From Bradymonadia bacterium (GTDB lineage: Bacteria > Myxococcota_A > Bradymonadia > UBA7976 > UBA1532), in the NCBI GenBank assembly GCA_046290225.1, contig JBKAGE010000034.1:1-64000 (forward strand): 64,000 bases of DNA. Reading direction: 5' to 3'. Below are positions 1 through 9,188 of this stretch, piece after piece. Position numbers and translations under genes: made by a program. The notes under the pieces were generated by a model that did not search any database, was not told where the DNA came from, and saw only the letters and a list, made by a program, of their open reading frames with translations. Within the stretch, counting starts at the first letter, position 1. Each line of letters starts with the position of its first letter.

Positions 1-1112
1 CAGTCGGTGTAAGCGCGGTTGCCCACGATGGCGGCCACCACCACCTGACGCTCGGCGACGGGCTTCAGGGTGTTCAGGAAGTCCTGATATTCGGAGACCG
101 GCACCAGGCGATCCCGCAGCCACTCACAGTTGTTCAGCTGACCTCGGCCGACGACGCACCGCTGCTCGAGACAATTCGAAGCGTCGAGGCCACCACACTC
201 ACGCTGAAAACACTCCGCTTCGTTGAGCACATCACCCGAGGCATCACGACAGATGGTCTGATCTCGATACCCGTCGGGGATGCCGTTCCCGTCACCATCG
301 CCCTCGCCGTACTTGCAGATGGCCAGGTTGCTCTCCGGCGGGTTCGACGCTGGGTCCGAGCAGTCGTCCTCGTCCCCGACGAACACGACCACGAGGATCC
401 CATCTGGCCGCAGAAACTCAGGCTCTTCAGAAGGATCATCGATGGTGCAGAAGGGATCGTAAACAAAGCCGTCGGGCTGACTCTCTGCCTGGGCCTCGGT
501 GAGGCCATCTCGGGGGATACAACACTTGCCGAGCTGCGGGCGGTTGGGGCCATTGCAGGACAACGCGAGGCGCATGGCCTCAAGACCCTTTTCGAAGTCG
601 TCGCCTTGGGTGCCCAGGGTGGTCATGCACTTGAAGTTGGTCACCAGCTGCTGCTCGTTGGCGATGTTCTCCGACTTCAGCACCAGCGGCAGCTGAGCAG
701 GGCAACTGGCGGTGTCGGGCACGAAGGGGGTGCCGTCAGGGCGTGTGCAGTTGATGAGCTGAGAGGGCGCCGCCGGTGTGTTGAGGAAGGCGCCGCTGTG
801 CCCTGCGGTGCGCAGATCGGTGCTGGTGACGGCGAGACGGTAGTCTGCGTTGTCGCCGAGATCGTTGAACAGGAACGACGCGAAGGCCTCGAAGTTCTCG
901 CCGAGGTTGACCTGCTCCTCGCACATCGACCCCGAGTTGTCGATCACGAACAGAAAGTCGAGCTTGACCTTCGGCGGCAGCACGAACCGATCGTCCTGAG
1001 TCGCCGTCAGCACGTTCTCGATCTTCACCAGCGGATGATCATTGCAGCCTGAGAGCAGACTCAGCGAGAGCGCCAGGCCAAGAGGCCCGGGCAGGCAGGC
1101 GGGACGGACCAT
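1..1112 (-). CDS. Cys-rich vWA-domain lipoprotein, paralog 2 (3' end runs off the window)
   Basis: Absent from the ORF track because there is no stop in the window. Manual translation from ATG 1112 (RBS GAGGGGG) gives MVRPACLPGPLGLALSLSLLSGC-NDHPLVKIENV...LDFLFVIDNSGSM: lipobox LSGC, MIDAS-like DxSxS motif, co-linear with 1143..2993. Confidence 0.88.
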   Translation of the reverse strand, partial: MVRPACLPGPLGLALSLSLLSGCNDHPLVKIENVLTATQDDRFVLPPKVKLDFLFVIDNSGSMCEEQVNLGENFEAFASFLFNDLGDNADYRLAVTSTDLRTAGHSGAFLNTPAAPSQLINCTRPDGTPFVPDTASCPAQLPLVLKSENIANEQQLVTNFKCMTTLGTQGDDFEKGLEAMRLALSCNGPNRPQLGKCCIPRDGLTEAQAESQPDGFVYDPFCTIDDPSEEPEFLRPDGILVVVFVGDEDDCSDPASNPPESNLAICKYGEGDGDGNGIPDGYRDQTICRDASGDVLNEAECFQRECGGLDASNCLEQRCVVGRGQLNNCEWLRDRLVPVSEYQDFLNTLKPVAERQVVVAAIVGNRAYTD

Positions 1113-1142
1113 GTTTCCCCCTCACGATGGTCCCGGCAGAGG

Positions 1143-2993
1143 CTACTCCCCGGGCGCTGGTGGGTTGACGACGGCGCCACCGGCGCCATCGGGCATTTGC
1201 TCCTGGGGCACCGCGGGCTCGACGATGGCAGGCTCCCCAGTGCCCACGATGTACTCGAGCTGCACCCGGGAGTTCGCCGGGGGCAGATCGTTGAGCGAGA
1301 CCAGGAAGCCGCCAGCACACGTGTTGTCTTCGGCGATGTCGTAGCCGCTCACGGGCACGACAGTGCTGGTGAACTCCGGGCACATCTCCCGGGACACCCC
1401 TGGGGTGACACAGGACTCGAGGCGGACCCGGAACGCGTAGTTGCGGGCGTCGTTGAACTCAGCCTCGCTGTCACAGGGCTCGGTGTCCTGCATGTCCTCG
1501 GTGGGCACGAGACACGCAGGGCGCTTCTCAAGGCAGAACTTCCCGATGAGATCGGTCACCTTCTCCTTGAGTACCTGAAGCGGCGCGGCAAAGTCGTCGA
1601 CGCAGATGGTGACACATTCACCAAACTCGTCGTCCACGGGGCAACCGATGCCGTTCACGTCGAAGGACTCGGCGAGCTGCAGGTAGCGTCGCCCGGCGAA
1701 GGCGATGCCGTTGTCGGACTGGCAGCTGGGCTGAATGCGACCCTCGCACTGGCCATTGGGGCAGCAGACATCGTCGCCCACGGAGCCAAAAGCGGGGTTG
1801 TCCGGGTCACAGCCGGGGTTGGAGGGGATCTCGGGGGGGTTGAAGAAGATCTCTTCACCTGTATCGGTGAAGGCCCGGCTGCCCACGATGGAGGCCACGA
1901 TGATCTGCCGCTCGGGGGCAATCTTCAGGTTGTTCAGGAAGTCCTGGTAGTCAGCGACGGGCACGAGGCGATCACGGAACCACTCACAGTTGCTGTTGAT
2001 GGCCCGGCTCACGAGGCAGCGCTGCTCGAGACAGTCGGCGGCGCCGAGGCCACCACACTCACGCTGGAAGCACTCAGCCTCGTTGATGGGGTTGCCCGAG
2101 GCATCGCGGCAGATGGTCTGATCGCGGTAGCCGTCGGGGATGCCGTTCCCATCGCCGTCCTGCTCACCGTACTTGCAGATGGCCAAGTTGCTCGCCGGAG
2201 GGTTCGACGCCGGATCGGAGCAGTCGTTCTCGTCGGTGACGAAGACCACCACCAGCAAGGAATCGGGACGCAGGAACTCGGGCTCCTCGGTCTCGTCGGC
2301 GACAAAACAGAAGGGATCGTAGACGAAGCCGTCGGGCTGGTTCACCGCCTGCTCGGGGGTGAGGCCCTCACGAGGCACGCAGCACTTGCCGAACTGCTCG
2401 CGGTTGGGGCCGTTGCACGAGAGAGAAAGGCGCATGGCCTCAAGGCCCTTCTCGAAGCCGTCGCCCTGGGTGCCCAGGGTGGCCATGCAGCGGAAGTTGG
2501 TCACCAGCTGCTGCTCGTTGGCGATGTTCTCCGACTTCAGAATCAACGGCAGCTGCGCCGGGCAGTCGGCAGTGTTCGGGGTGACCCCGGTGCAGTTGAT
2601 GAGCTGCATGGGCTGGGCGGGGGTGTTGAGGAACCGGCCCCCCTGCCCTGCGGTGCGCAAATCGGTGCTGGTGACGGCGAGACGGTAGTCTGCGTTGTCA
2701 CCGAGATCGTTGAACAGGAACGACGCGAAGGCCTCGAAGTTGGCGCCGAGGTTGACCTGCTCCTCGCACATCGATCCTGAGTTGTCGATCACGAACAAGA
2801 TGTCGAGCTTGGTCTTCGGCGGCAGCACGAACCGATCGTCCTGAGTCGCCGTCAGCACGTTCTCGATCTTCACCAGCGGATGATCGTTGCACCCCAGCAA
2901 GGTGGCGGCACACGCGAGGGCCACGAGGGCCCCTCGAGCGCCCTTGCGGATCGCCTTGATGGTGGAGTGTGCGGTGGTGTGCTCAGCCTGCAT
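1143..2993 (-). CDS. Cys-rich vWA-domain lipoprotein, paralog 1 (myxobacterial CglB-like class)
   Basis: Lipobox LLGC; DILFVIDNSGSM MIDAS motif; FLRPDSLLVVVFVTDENDCS; many Cys; DGDGNGIPD Ca-binding-like loop. Start moved from 3059 to ATG 2993 (RBS GAGGGAG). Confidence 0.85.
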   Translation of the reverse strand: MQAEHTTAHSTIKAIRKGARGALVALACAATLLGCNDHPLVKIENVLTATQDDRFVLPPKTKLDILFVIDNSGSMCEEQVNLGANFEAFASFLFNDLGDNADYRLAVTSTDLRTAGQGGRFLNTPAQPMQLINCTGVTPNTADCPAQLPLILKSENIANEQQLVTNFRCMATLGTQGDGFEKGLEAMRLSLSCNGPNREQFGKCCVPREGLTPEQAVNQPDGFVYDPFCFVADETEEPEFLRPDSLLVVVFVTDENDCSDPASNPPASNLAICKYGEQDGDGNGIPDGYRDQTICRDASGNPINEAECFQRECGGLGAADCLEQRCLVSRAINSNCEWFRDRLVPVADYQDFLNNLKIAPERQIIVASIVGSRAFTDTGEEIFFNPPEIPSNPGCDPDNPAFGSVGDDVCCPNGQCEGRIQPSCQSDNGIAFAGRRYLQLAESFDVNGIGCPVDDEFGECVTICVDDFAAPLQVLKEKVTDLIGKFCLEKRPACLVPTEDMQDTEPCDSEAEFNDARNYAFRVRLESCVTPGVSREMCPEFTSTVVPVSGYDIAEDNTCAGGFLVSLNDLPPANSRVQLEYIVGTGEPAIVEPAVPQEQMPDGAGGAVVNPPAPGE

Positions 2994-3043
2994 GGCTGTC
3001 TCCCTCGTAAAAGGTCTCGGCGTTCGGGCCCCGTGCGAATGAG

Positions 3044-3073
3044 AAACTATCGCGGCCACTTACGTCACGTCAA
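3044..3073 (-). promoter_or_regulatory. possible sigma70-type promoter for the vWA lipoprotein pair
   Basis: TTGACG-N18-TAGTTT on the minus strand, about 50 nt upstream of the start at 2993. Confidence 0.35.
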
Positions 3074-3113
3074 TTGGGGCTCCAGGGTCTCAGTTCGAGG
3101 CCCCACGGAGGGG

Positions 3114-4169
3114 TCAGCTCACCCCACCCTCGGCCTCGGCGGTTTCGACCGCTCCGCCGCCGAGGGCGCCCTTGAGCTGCACCCGACCAGTGAGCAGGAA
3201 CATCGCCCCGAGCAGGACCTGCACGACGAGCTGAATCACGTGCAATACCAGGGTGTAGAGGGTGATGTTCTGTGCAGACTCGGGGCTCAAGACAAGCAAG
3301 GAAAACCCCACGGCGAGTGCGGCTTCGAAGGTGCCGGTGAAGCCTGGCCCGGCGGGGATCATGATGCCCACGACGAGCACGGCGAGGAGCGCGAAGCCCT
3401 CCATGGCCCCCACCTCGGGGATCCCGGTGGCCTGCCCCATGACCGACATGCCCATCCCCACGGCGGCCCAGTAGAGCACAGTGTAGAGGAAGAACAAGCT
3501 GATGCGCTTCTTGTCGGGGAGGATCTTCAGCCCCTCGAGAAAGGCGTCGAGCAGACCGACCACCTTCGCGGTGAGGCCCTTGTGCACCATGTTCCCGATG
3601 CGCTCGATGACGCGCACGGTGAAGTCCCGGGCGATGTAGCCCCCGATGAGCACGATCAAGGCGCCGAGGAAGATGGCCCCGGCGATGTATGCGGTGACTT
3701 TGGCCACCTCCACCTTCGGATCACCCGTGGGCGGCAGGATGCTGATGAACGTGAAGAACAGCCCCACGAAGAGCAGACCGTCGATGACACGCTCCACGAC
3801 GACGGTGGCCAGGGCCCCCGACACGGTGATGCCGTTCTTGCCCCCGATCAGGTAGGGCCGCACGAGCTCCCCGAGCCGGAACGGGAACACGATGATGCAC
3901 ATGTACCCCACGGATCCTGTGGCGACGATCTCGGACCACTTCACAGGGCCCAGAGCTCGCACGAGCACGCCCCACCGCACGATGCGGATGGCGTGGCCGG
4001 CGAGGAACAGCACGGTGTAGAGCACGAGCAGCCCGGTGGCCCGGCCATCGGTGAGCAGCCCCTCGAGCCGCTGACCGAAGTCGCTCCAATCTTCGTTCCG
4101 GAAAGCGAGCCAGATGAAGAGGGCGCCGAGGCCGATGGAGATGACGTATTTCTGGAAGACGCTGCGCAC
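3114..4169 (-). CDS. lysylphosphatidylglycerol synthase TM-region / UPF0104 flippase-like membrane protein
   Basis: Multiple TM helices; RWGVL and FPFRLGELVRPY motifs; TVVVERVID; IPAGPG. GTG start at 4169 with GAGG RBS (the ORF-track start overlaps the tRNA). Confidence 0.8.
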   Translation of the reverse strand: MRSVFQKYVISIGLGALFIWLAFRNEDWSDFGQRLEGLLTDGRATGLLVLYTVLFLAGHAIRIVRWGVLVRALGPVKWSEIVATGSVGYMCIIVFPFRLGELVRPYLIGGKNGITVSGALATVVVERVIDGLLFVGLFFTFISILPPTGDPKVEVAKVTAYIAGAIFLGALIVLIGGYIARDFTVRVIERIGNMVHKGLTAKVVGLLDAFLEGLKILPDKKRISLFFLYTVLYWAAVGMGMSVMGQATGIPEVGAMEGFALLAVLVVGIMIPAGPGFTGTFEAALAVGFSLLVLSPESAQNITLYTLVLHVIQLVVQVLLGAMFLLTGRVQLKGALGGGAVETAEAEGGVS

Positions 4170-4276
4170 TGGGCCTCGCTGAAAGTTGATGCGTGGTTTT
4201 AATCGAGTGCGCCCTTTGAGTCCAAGGGGTTTTGGGGTTCGGCGGTGAGGAACCTGGAGATTTTCAGCGAGTCGAC

Positions 4277-4306
4277 TTGACACCCGTGGGCGAAGGGGGA
4301 TACAAG
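4277..4306 (+). promoter_or_regulatory. sigma70-type promoter of tRNA-Cys
   Basis: TTGACA-N18-TACAAG ending 12 nt upstream of the tRNA. Confidence 0.5.
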
Positions 4307-4318
4307 CCGTCTCGCCCT

Positions 4319-4390
<72 letters not shown>

Positions 4391-4394
4391 CTAG

Positions 4395-4436
4395 AAACCC
4401 CGTTGAGCACCTTGCTCAACGGGGTTTTTTGTTTTT
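4395..4436 (+). terminator. rho-independent terminator after tRNA-Cys
   Basis: 15-bp stem AAACCCCGTTGAGCA/TGCTCAACGGGGTTT followed by a T-rich tail. Confidence 0.9.
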
Positions 4437-4482
4437 GTGCCCTGCCCCTGCCCAGGTAGCGTGCCTTCGTGGAGGGTGCGCC

Positions 4483-5100
4483 ATAACTTTTCAGCTACCA
4501 GACCTGTTCAACCTCGACGGAGATGAGCTCTGCCTCATCGCCTTGAGTGCAGGACTGCCCTTTGATCCCAGTGCTCACGGGTTACGACTGCGTTTCTCGA
4601 GCTCAGCCTGCTGGCGTGGTCACATCATCACTTACGGTCTGGAAGGTGTGCACCTCGTCGTCAGACAACTCCGCGTCAACCTCGAGCCTGGGCCAGATGG
4701 GCATCCGCCACTCGAAGCGCTCTCGGTGAGGGGTCGTGTACCGATCTTCGACAGGGGTCCATTTCAGGGGTTCTCTCATCTGTACGCAGACATGGGGTTG
4801 TCCCTCGACTACACCGGTGGCCTCCTCATCTCTCGGGACTGGGTCGGTGGGCCTCACGAGGCGCTGTTGCCCCACGTGCTGAGGTATCGGGAGGTGCACG
4901 AGCTCGTCTTCGATGGTGGCCACCTCGTCGAGCGGGTGGATTTGTCGGAGCGGCTCACCGACATACGTGTGTCCATCGCACGGCAGGCGCGGGCGTGCGG
5001 TCGGGATCCCTGGGATCCGGTGGATCCACGCGATGTGCGCCGATGGATGTCGGAGAGCTTCATCGAGGATTATCAACTGGAGCGATATTTTCGTCGGTGA
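4483..5100 (+). CDS. hypothetical protein (apparent ATA start)
   Basis: Open frame to TGA 5100. GGAGG RBS at 4471 is followed by in-frame ATA at 4483 (ITFQLPD...). The ORF-track start lies inside the tRNA. Contains SSACWRGH and YTGGLLI segments. Confidence 0.6.
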   Translation: MTFQLPDLFNLDGDELCLIALSAGLPFDPSAHGLRLRFSSSACWRGHIITYGLEGVHLVVRQLRVNLEPGPDGHPPLEALSVRGRVPIFDRGPFQGFSHLYADMGLSLDYTGGLLISRDWVGGPHEALLPHVLRYREVHELVFDGGHLVERVDLSERLTDIRVSIARQARACGRDPWDPVDPRDVRRWMSESFIEDYQLERYFRR

Positions 5101-5163
5101 CAACGCGTTTCTCTGTATCGCCGGCGCGTTGGACTCCCTCGAGGGTGCACCATAGTCACCTAT

Positions 5164-5694
5164 GCAGAGATGGGGCCTGTGGCTGAGGCTTTGTAGGCAG
5201 TCGTCGCTGCGCTCCGCCTGCGTAGGCGCCCGGCCTTCGGCACATCTTCGATGCGCCTCGTCGGTCGCGTACACGTTCAGGCACCTGCTGACGCAGGCAC
5301 CTTCCCAGGTAGGCAGGGTCGCTCAGGGCTTCGCTCTTCTTGCTCGCTCCCCTGCGTAAAGAGCTTCTTCTGTCTCTCGTTGCTGACGCCTGCCGGTATT
5401 CAACCTACCGCAAACGTGTAATCCTCTGAGCCTCAGCGCTCGGCGAAAGCCCCAGCAGCGTTGGAAGCACCCCAAAGCCACACCAGAACTGACTTTTTTA
5501 CGCAGGGGAGCGAGCAACCAATGCGTCAGCATTGAGCGACCCTGCCTACCCGGAGGCCTGCTCGCGCCAGCGAGTGTGCCGACGTGTACGCGCCTGACGA
5601 GGCGCATCTAAGATGTGCCGAAGGCCGGGCGCCTACGCAGGCAGAGCGCAGCGACGACTGCCTACAAAGCCTCAGCCACAGGCCCCATCTCTGC
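5164..5694. repeat. long imperfect inverted repeat (~197-bp arms 5164-5360 and 5497-5694) built from small hairpins; REP/MITE-like element
   Basis: The outer ~112 nt of the arms are near-identical in reverse complement (GCAGAGATGGGGCCTGTGGCTGAGG...). The inner blocks GGTAGGCAGGGTCGCTCA and TTGCTCGCTCCCCTGCGTAAA are also shared. It sits between convergent genes. Confidence 0.9.
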
Positions 5695-5752
5695 TCAAGT
5701 CGAAAGTCAATCAGCTCACTAGACCGCAAGCGAGATGGTTGTCGCAGCGAAC

Positions 5753-8700
5753 TCACTCCACCCGCAGCAACGCCATCATCCCATCTTCAGCATGGGGCAG
5801 GATGTGGCAATGGGCCATCCACTCCCCCGGGTTGTCGAGGGGGACCCACAACCGCACCCGCTCTCCGATATGCACATCGACAGTATCCGCCCAAGTGGCC
5901 ATCTCCGGAGGCAAACCGTTCCGCGAGAGCACCTCGAAGTGGAGTCCGTGGAGATGAAATGGATGGGACGTAGGCGAGATATTGCGCAGCTCGATGACAA
6001 TCCCTTGCCCCAGCGGCACCACTGTGGGCGTGAGCGTCGGTGGCCGCTCCCCATTGATGCGCCAGCGACCAGAGCGATCGGATCCAGTAAATGCATAGAC
6101 CACATCCGTGTGGCCAGGATCCGCCCTGAGCGTGGCGCCAGTGAACGGCCACGGGAATGGAGCCGGGGCCTCGGCGGTGGTCGGGCTCACCTCGACGAGC
6201 GTAACGGGCTCACCCAAGGCATCACCACCGTTGAGTGAGTATGGCGTCGTCTCCACGGCAAAAGGGGCATCGACGAGCCACTCGAAGCCTGCCCGGGCGC
6301 CTGGAGGCAGGACCACCCGGTCCGGGGTCGCGAGGCGCGGTAGGAAGCCCTGTTGACCCTCGATGTGGCGCATCTGTGGCCAGCGGAGCGACAGGTAGCC
6401 CGTGTTGCTCGCGTTGACGATGCGCACCCTGACTGGGCGATCCGGAGCCTCGAAAGCCAGTGGCGCAAGCTCGCCATTCACCAGCCACTCCGTGACAAGC
6501 CGGCCGTGGCCATGGGCGTGGCCCGGAGCCGAGCGATCGCCATCCTCATCGGCAGGCCGCGCCTCCATGGCGGCGTCGAAGACCAGGACCAGCTCCTCGT
6601 ATGTCTCCGGGCTCGGAGGAGGCAAATCGGTCGGCTCCACCAGGAGCACCCCATACAGCCCACGATCCACCTGCCCTTCGGTGTCGAAGTGTGGGTGAAA
6701 CCAGAAGGTGCCCGGGTGGGTGAGATCGAAGGCATAGTCGAACGTCTCCCCGGGTTGCACGGGTGCCTGAGTTCTGGGCGTGCCATCCATGCCTTCGGGC
6801 ACCTTCACGCCGTGCCAGTGGATCGTGGTGGGCGCGTCGAGCTGGTTCTCGAGGGTGGCCTCGAGACGATCGCCCACAGTGGCGCGGATGATGGGCAAGC
6901 CGTCGTTGTAGGTGTAGCCCCCCTCCGGGCTCTGTCGCGCGGCGAGCGTGATTGTGTGCGTTGCGCCCGAGGGCAATTGATCCGCAGGCTCCAGAGCCCT
7001 GTCGACGAGGGCGCCACTGCCACGGGTCATCAATCGATCTTCAGTCGGCCACCCCTTTTCCCGAGCGAGGGCCTTGGGGTGGGCGCGGTACCAGAGCGTC
7101 GCCTCCACCCGAAGATCAGGGCACGCAGCGGGGAACACATGGTGGCTGGTCCACGCCTGTTGAGGCGCGAGGCGGTTGTCAGACCGCACGTCGACGGCTT
7201 GGAAGTGAGGCACCATCGCCCTGCCCTCCCCATCGACAAGCACGCGGGCGAATGCGAAGCCCGAGGCCCCGGCGAGTGAGGGGGCCGGGCCACCAGTGTC
7301 ACGAATCAAATAAGCGATGTGGCCCTCGGGGAGCGCACCCTCGAGGCGGGGCCCAGCCTCCTCATGTGCGACCACGGCTCTGCTGCCCACGACCTCGAGG
7401 ATGGGCAGGCCCTTCTCCTCAGCAGGCATCTCGGGACCGAAGGGCTCAAAGCCGTCGTAGTCGTGGAACCCTGCACCTCGACGCACCACCCGCACCACGT
7501 CGCCCACCTCTGGCGCCGGCCAACCGTCGGGCCAGCTCACCTGCGACATGGCCTGGGGATCCTCGACCTCGAAGGTTGCCTCTGCACCTGCATGGCCAGG
7601 CACTGCATCACCGCCAGTGGCCTGGACGACATCTTCACCACACCGAGCCTGCACTTCGAGGAGCATGGCCCGCATGGGCTCGCCGGTGGGGATGTGATGC
7701 CCGGCGCTGACGTTCTTCACCGTCACCGCAGCATCGACCCCATCAGGGATCTCGGTGAGCTCGACGAAGACCGCCGCGGCACCTCGAAGCAGGCTGTCGT
7801 CTGCGCTCTTTCCACCGGGCCAGGTGTGATGGCGCACCGAGCCAGGGGGCCGCTTCCACCCGCCAACGACACCGGTGTCTGCGAGGGGGAACGCCTGCAG
7901 ATCGGCGCTGTTCTCCACATCGGCGGCGGGCGGCATGTGGCAGTCGGGGCAGAACGCCTCTTCAGCGGTGGGGCTCGTGAGCCACTCTTGCCATGTGCTC
8001 TGCACCGGCAGCTTCCCATTGGGCCAGCGCGGGCTCGTCGTCACAGGCTCCTCCAGCTGATGACACCCACCACAGATGCGCCCGTTTCGATAGTGATCAC
8101 GCTGCACGCTGCCCATACGCGGGTTGGGGCTGTCATGGCTCGGCCCGAAGGTCAGGGGAAGGAAGCCACCTGCGCCGAGGGTGAAGGAGGCGGTCTCCGA
8201 GGGGCGCATCAGGTTCAAGCGCCCGGAGATGCCTGGGTTTTCGGATTCGAGATCGACCTCGGAGACACGATGGCAGGTGTCGCACATGACCCCATAGTCG
8301 TAGGCAAAGTCAGTGGCCTCGAGCAGATCTCGACCTCCGAGGACGCCGTTGATGGCTGGGGCATGGCAGTCGGCGCAGTGACCGGTCTGCTGAGGCTCAG
8401 GGCACGGCCCGTCAGCGCACTCGGGATTTCGCTCTGGTAGATACCCTGCTCCGAGATAGCAGCGACCCCCCTGCCCGCCTCTCGGGCGACGGCCCTCCAG
8501 CCAGCGCCCGCCAGCCTCTGCACACGATGCCTCATTGTATCGCGCCGTACCCGCGTACAGATCGTGCACGGCGGGGTTGCTCGCCGCCCTTCGATGGGCT
8601 GACTCTGCCCAGCCGTCGTTGATGGTGAGGTGGCAGTGGCCACACTGAGCCGTGGTGTCCCGGCGGTCGGGCGTGCCGGGATCCTGGAATCGGTACTCGG

Positions 8701-9181
8701 GGTTGTCGGCCCGGCTGAAAGCGCTCAGTTCCACCACATAGGGCCCGTTGTTGTCTGGGCTGATCTCCACGGAGAGCTGGCGGGCGTCGGGGTGACTGGC
8801 GACGACACGGTGCTCACCCTCGACGGTCCAGTCCATCTCCACAAAGGCCCAGCCAACATCATCGACGGGCCACTGCAGATGACTCCGGCCACCCTGCACG
8901 ACGATCCCACCGACCGCAGGGGCGCCCTCGAGGGTCACATAGATCGGCACCGCGCCCTCAGGGCCCTCTGGGGCCACCAGGGCGTCGCCCATGCCCACCT
9001 CGGGCCGCTCTGTCTCAGCATCTGGCGGATCCAGATCCGACTCTGCCCGTGGCTCGGCATCGGAGACGGAGAGGTCAGGCACTGCGGCGTCCGAGCTGGC
9101 ATCGCCAGAAATGATGGGCCCCGAGGATTCATCGTCACAGGACACCAATGCCCAGAGACAGCACAAGACACACCACTTCAT
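5753..9181 (-). CDS. lipoprotein: pentaheme cytochrome c fused to a multicopper oxidase
   Basis: Signal MKWCVLCCLWALVSC (RBS GAGGTG); five CxxCH motifs (CGHCH, CADCH, CDTCH, CGGCH, CPDCH); C-terminal MCO copper motifs TTIHWHG, WFHPH, HPFHLHG, HCHILPHAEDGMM. Confidence 0.9.
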   Translation of the reverse strand: MKWCVLCCLWALVSCDDESSGPIISGDASSDAAVPDLSVSDAEPRAESDLDPPDAETERPEVGMGDALVAPEGPEGAVPIYVTLEGAPAVGGIVVQGGRSHLQWPVDDVGWAFVEMDWTVEGEHRVVASHPDARQLSVEISPDNNGPYVVELSAFSRADNPEYRFQDPGTPDRRDTTAQCGHCHLTINDGWAESAHRRAASNPAVHDLYAGTARYNEASCAEAGGRWLEGRRPRGGQGGRCYLGAGYLPERNPECADGPCPEPQQTGHCADCHAPAINGVLGGRDLLEATDFAYDYGVMCDTCHRVSEVDLESENPGISGRLNLMRPSETASFTLGAGGFLPLTFGPSHDSPNPRMGSVQRDHYRNGRICGGCHQLEEPVTTSPRWPNGKLPVQSTWQEWLTSPTAEEAFCPDCHMPPAADVENSADLQAFPLADTGVVGGWKRPPGSVRHHTWPGGKSADDSLLRGAAAVFVELTEIPDGVDAAVTVKNVSAGHHIPTGEPMRAMLLEVQARCGEDVVQATGGDAVPGHAGAEATFEVEDPQAMSQVSWPDGWPAPEVGDVVRVVRRGAGFHDYDGFEPFGPEMPAEEKGLPILEVVGSRAVVAHEEAGPRLEGALPEGHIAYLIRDTGGPAPSLAGASGFAFARVLVDGEGRAMVPHFQAVDVRSDNRLAPQQAWTSHHVFPAACPDLRVEATLWYRAHPKALAREKGWPTEDRLMTRGSGALVDRALEPADQLPSGATHTITLAARQSPEGGYTYNDGLPIIRATVGDRLEATLENQLDAPTTIHWHGVKVPEGMDGTPRTQAPVQPGETFDYAFDLTHPGTFWFHPHFDTEGQVDRGLYGVLLVEPTDLPPPSPETYEELVLVFDAAMEARPADEDGDRSAPGHAHGHGRLVTEWLVNGELAPLAFEAPDRPVRVRIVNASNTGYLSLRWPQMRHIEGQQGFLPRLATPDRVVLPPGARAGFEWLVDAPFAVETTPYSLNGGDALGEPVTLVEVSPTTAEAPAPFPWPFTGATLRADPGHTDVVYAFTGSDRSGRWRINGERPPTLTPTVVPLGQGIVIELRNISPTSHPFHLHGLHFEVLSRNGLPPEMATWADTVDVHIGERVRLWVPLDNPGEWMAHCHILPHAEDGMMALLRVE

Positions 9182-9188
9182 CCGCACC

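Noticed and set aside
1..2993. Diversity-generating retroelement (template/variable repeat) explanation for the duplicated vWA sequence
   Set aside because: Differences are not adenine-specific, both copies are full coding genes, and there is no reverse transcriptase in the window.
5164..5694. CRISPR array or protein-coding ORFs (5162..5359, 5526..5756) in the repeat region
   Set aside because: Only two inverted copies, no repeat-spacer periodicity and no cas genes; the matching peptides simply reflect the DNA inverted repeat.
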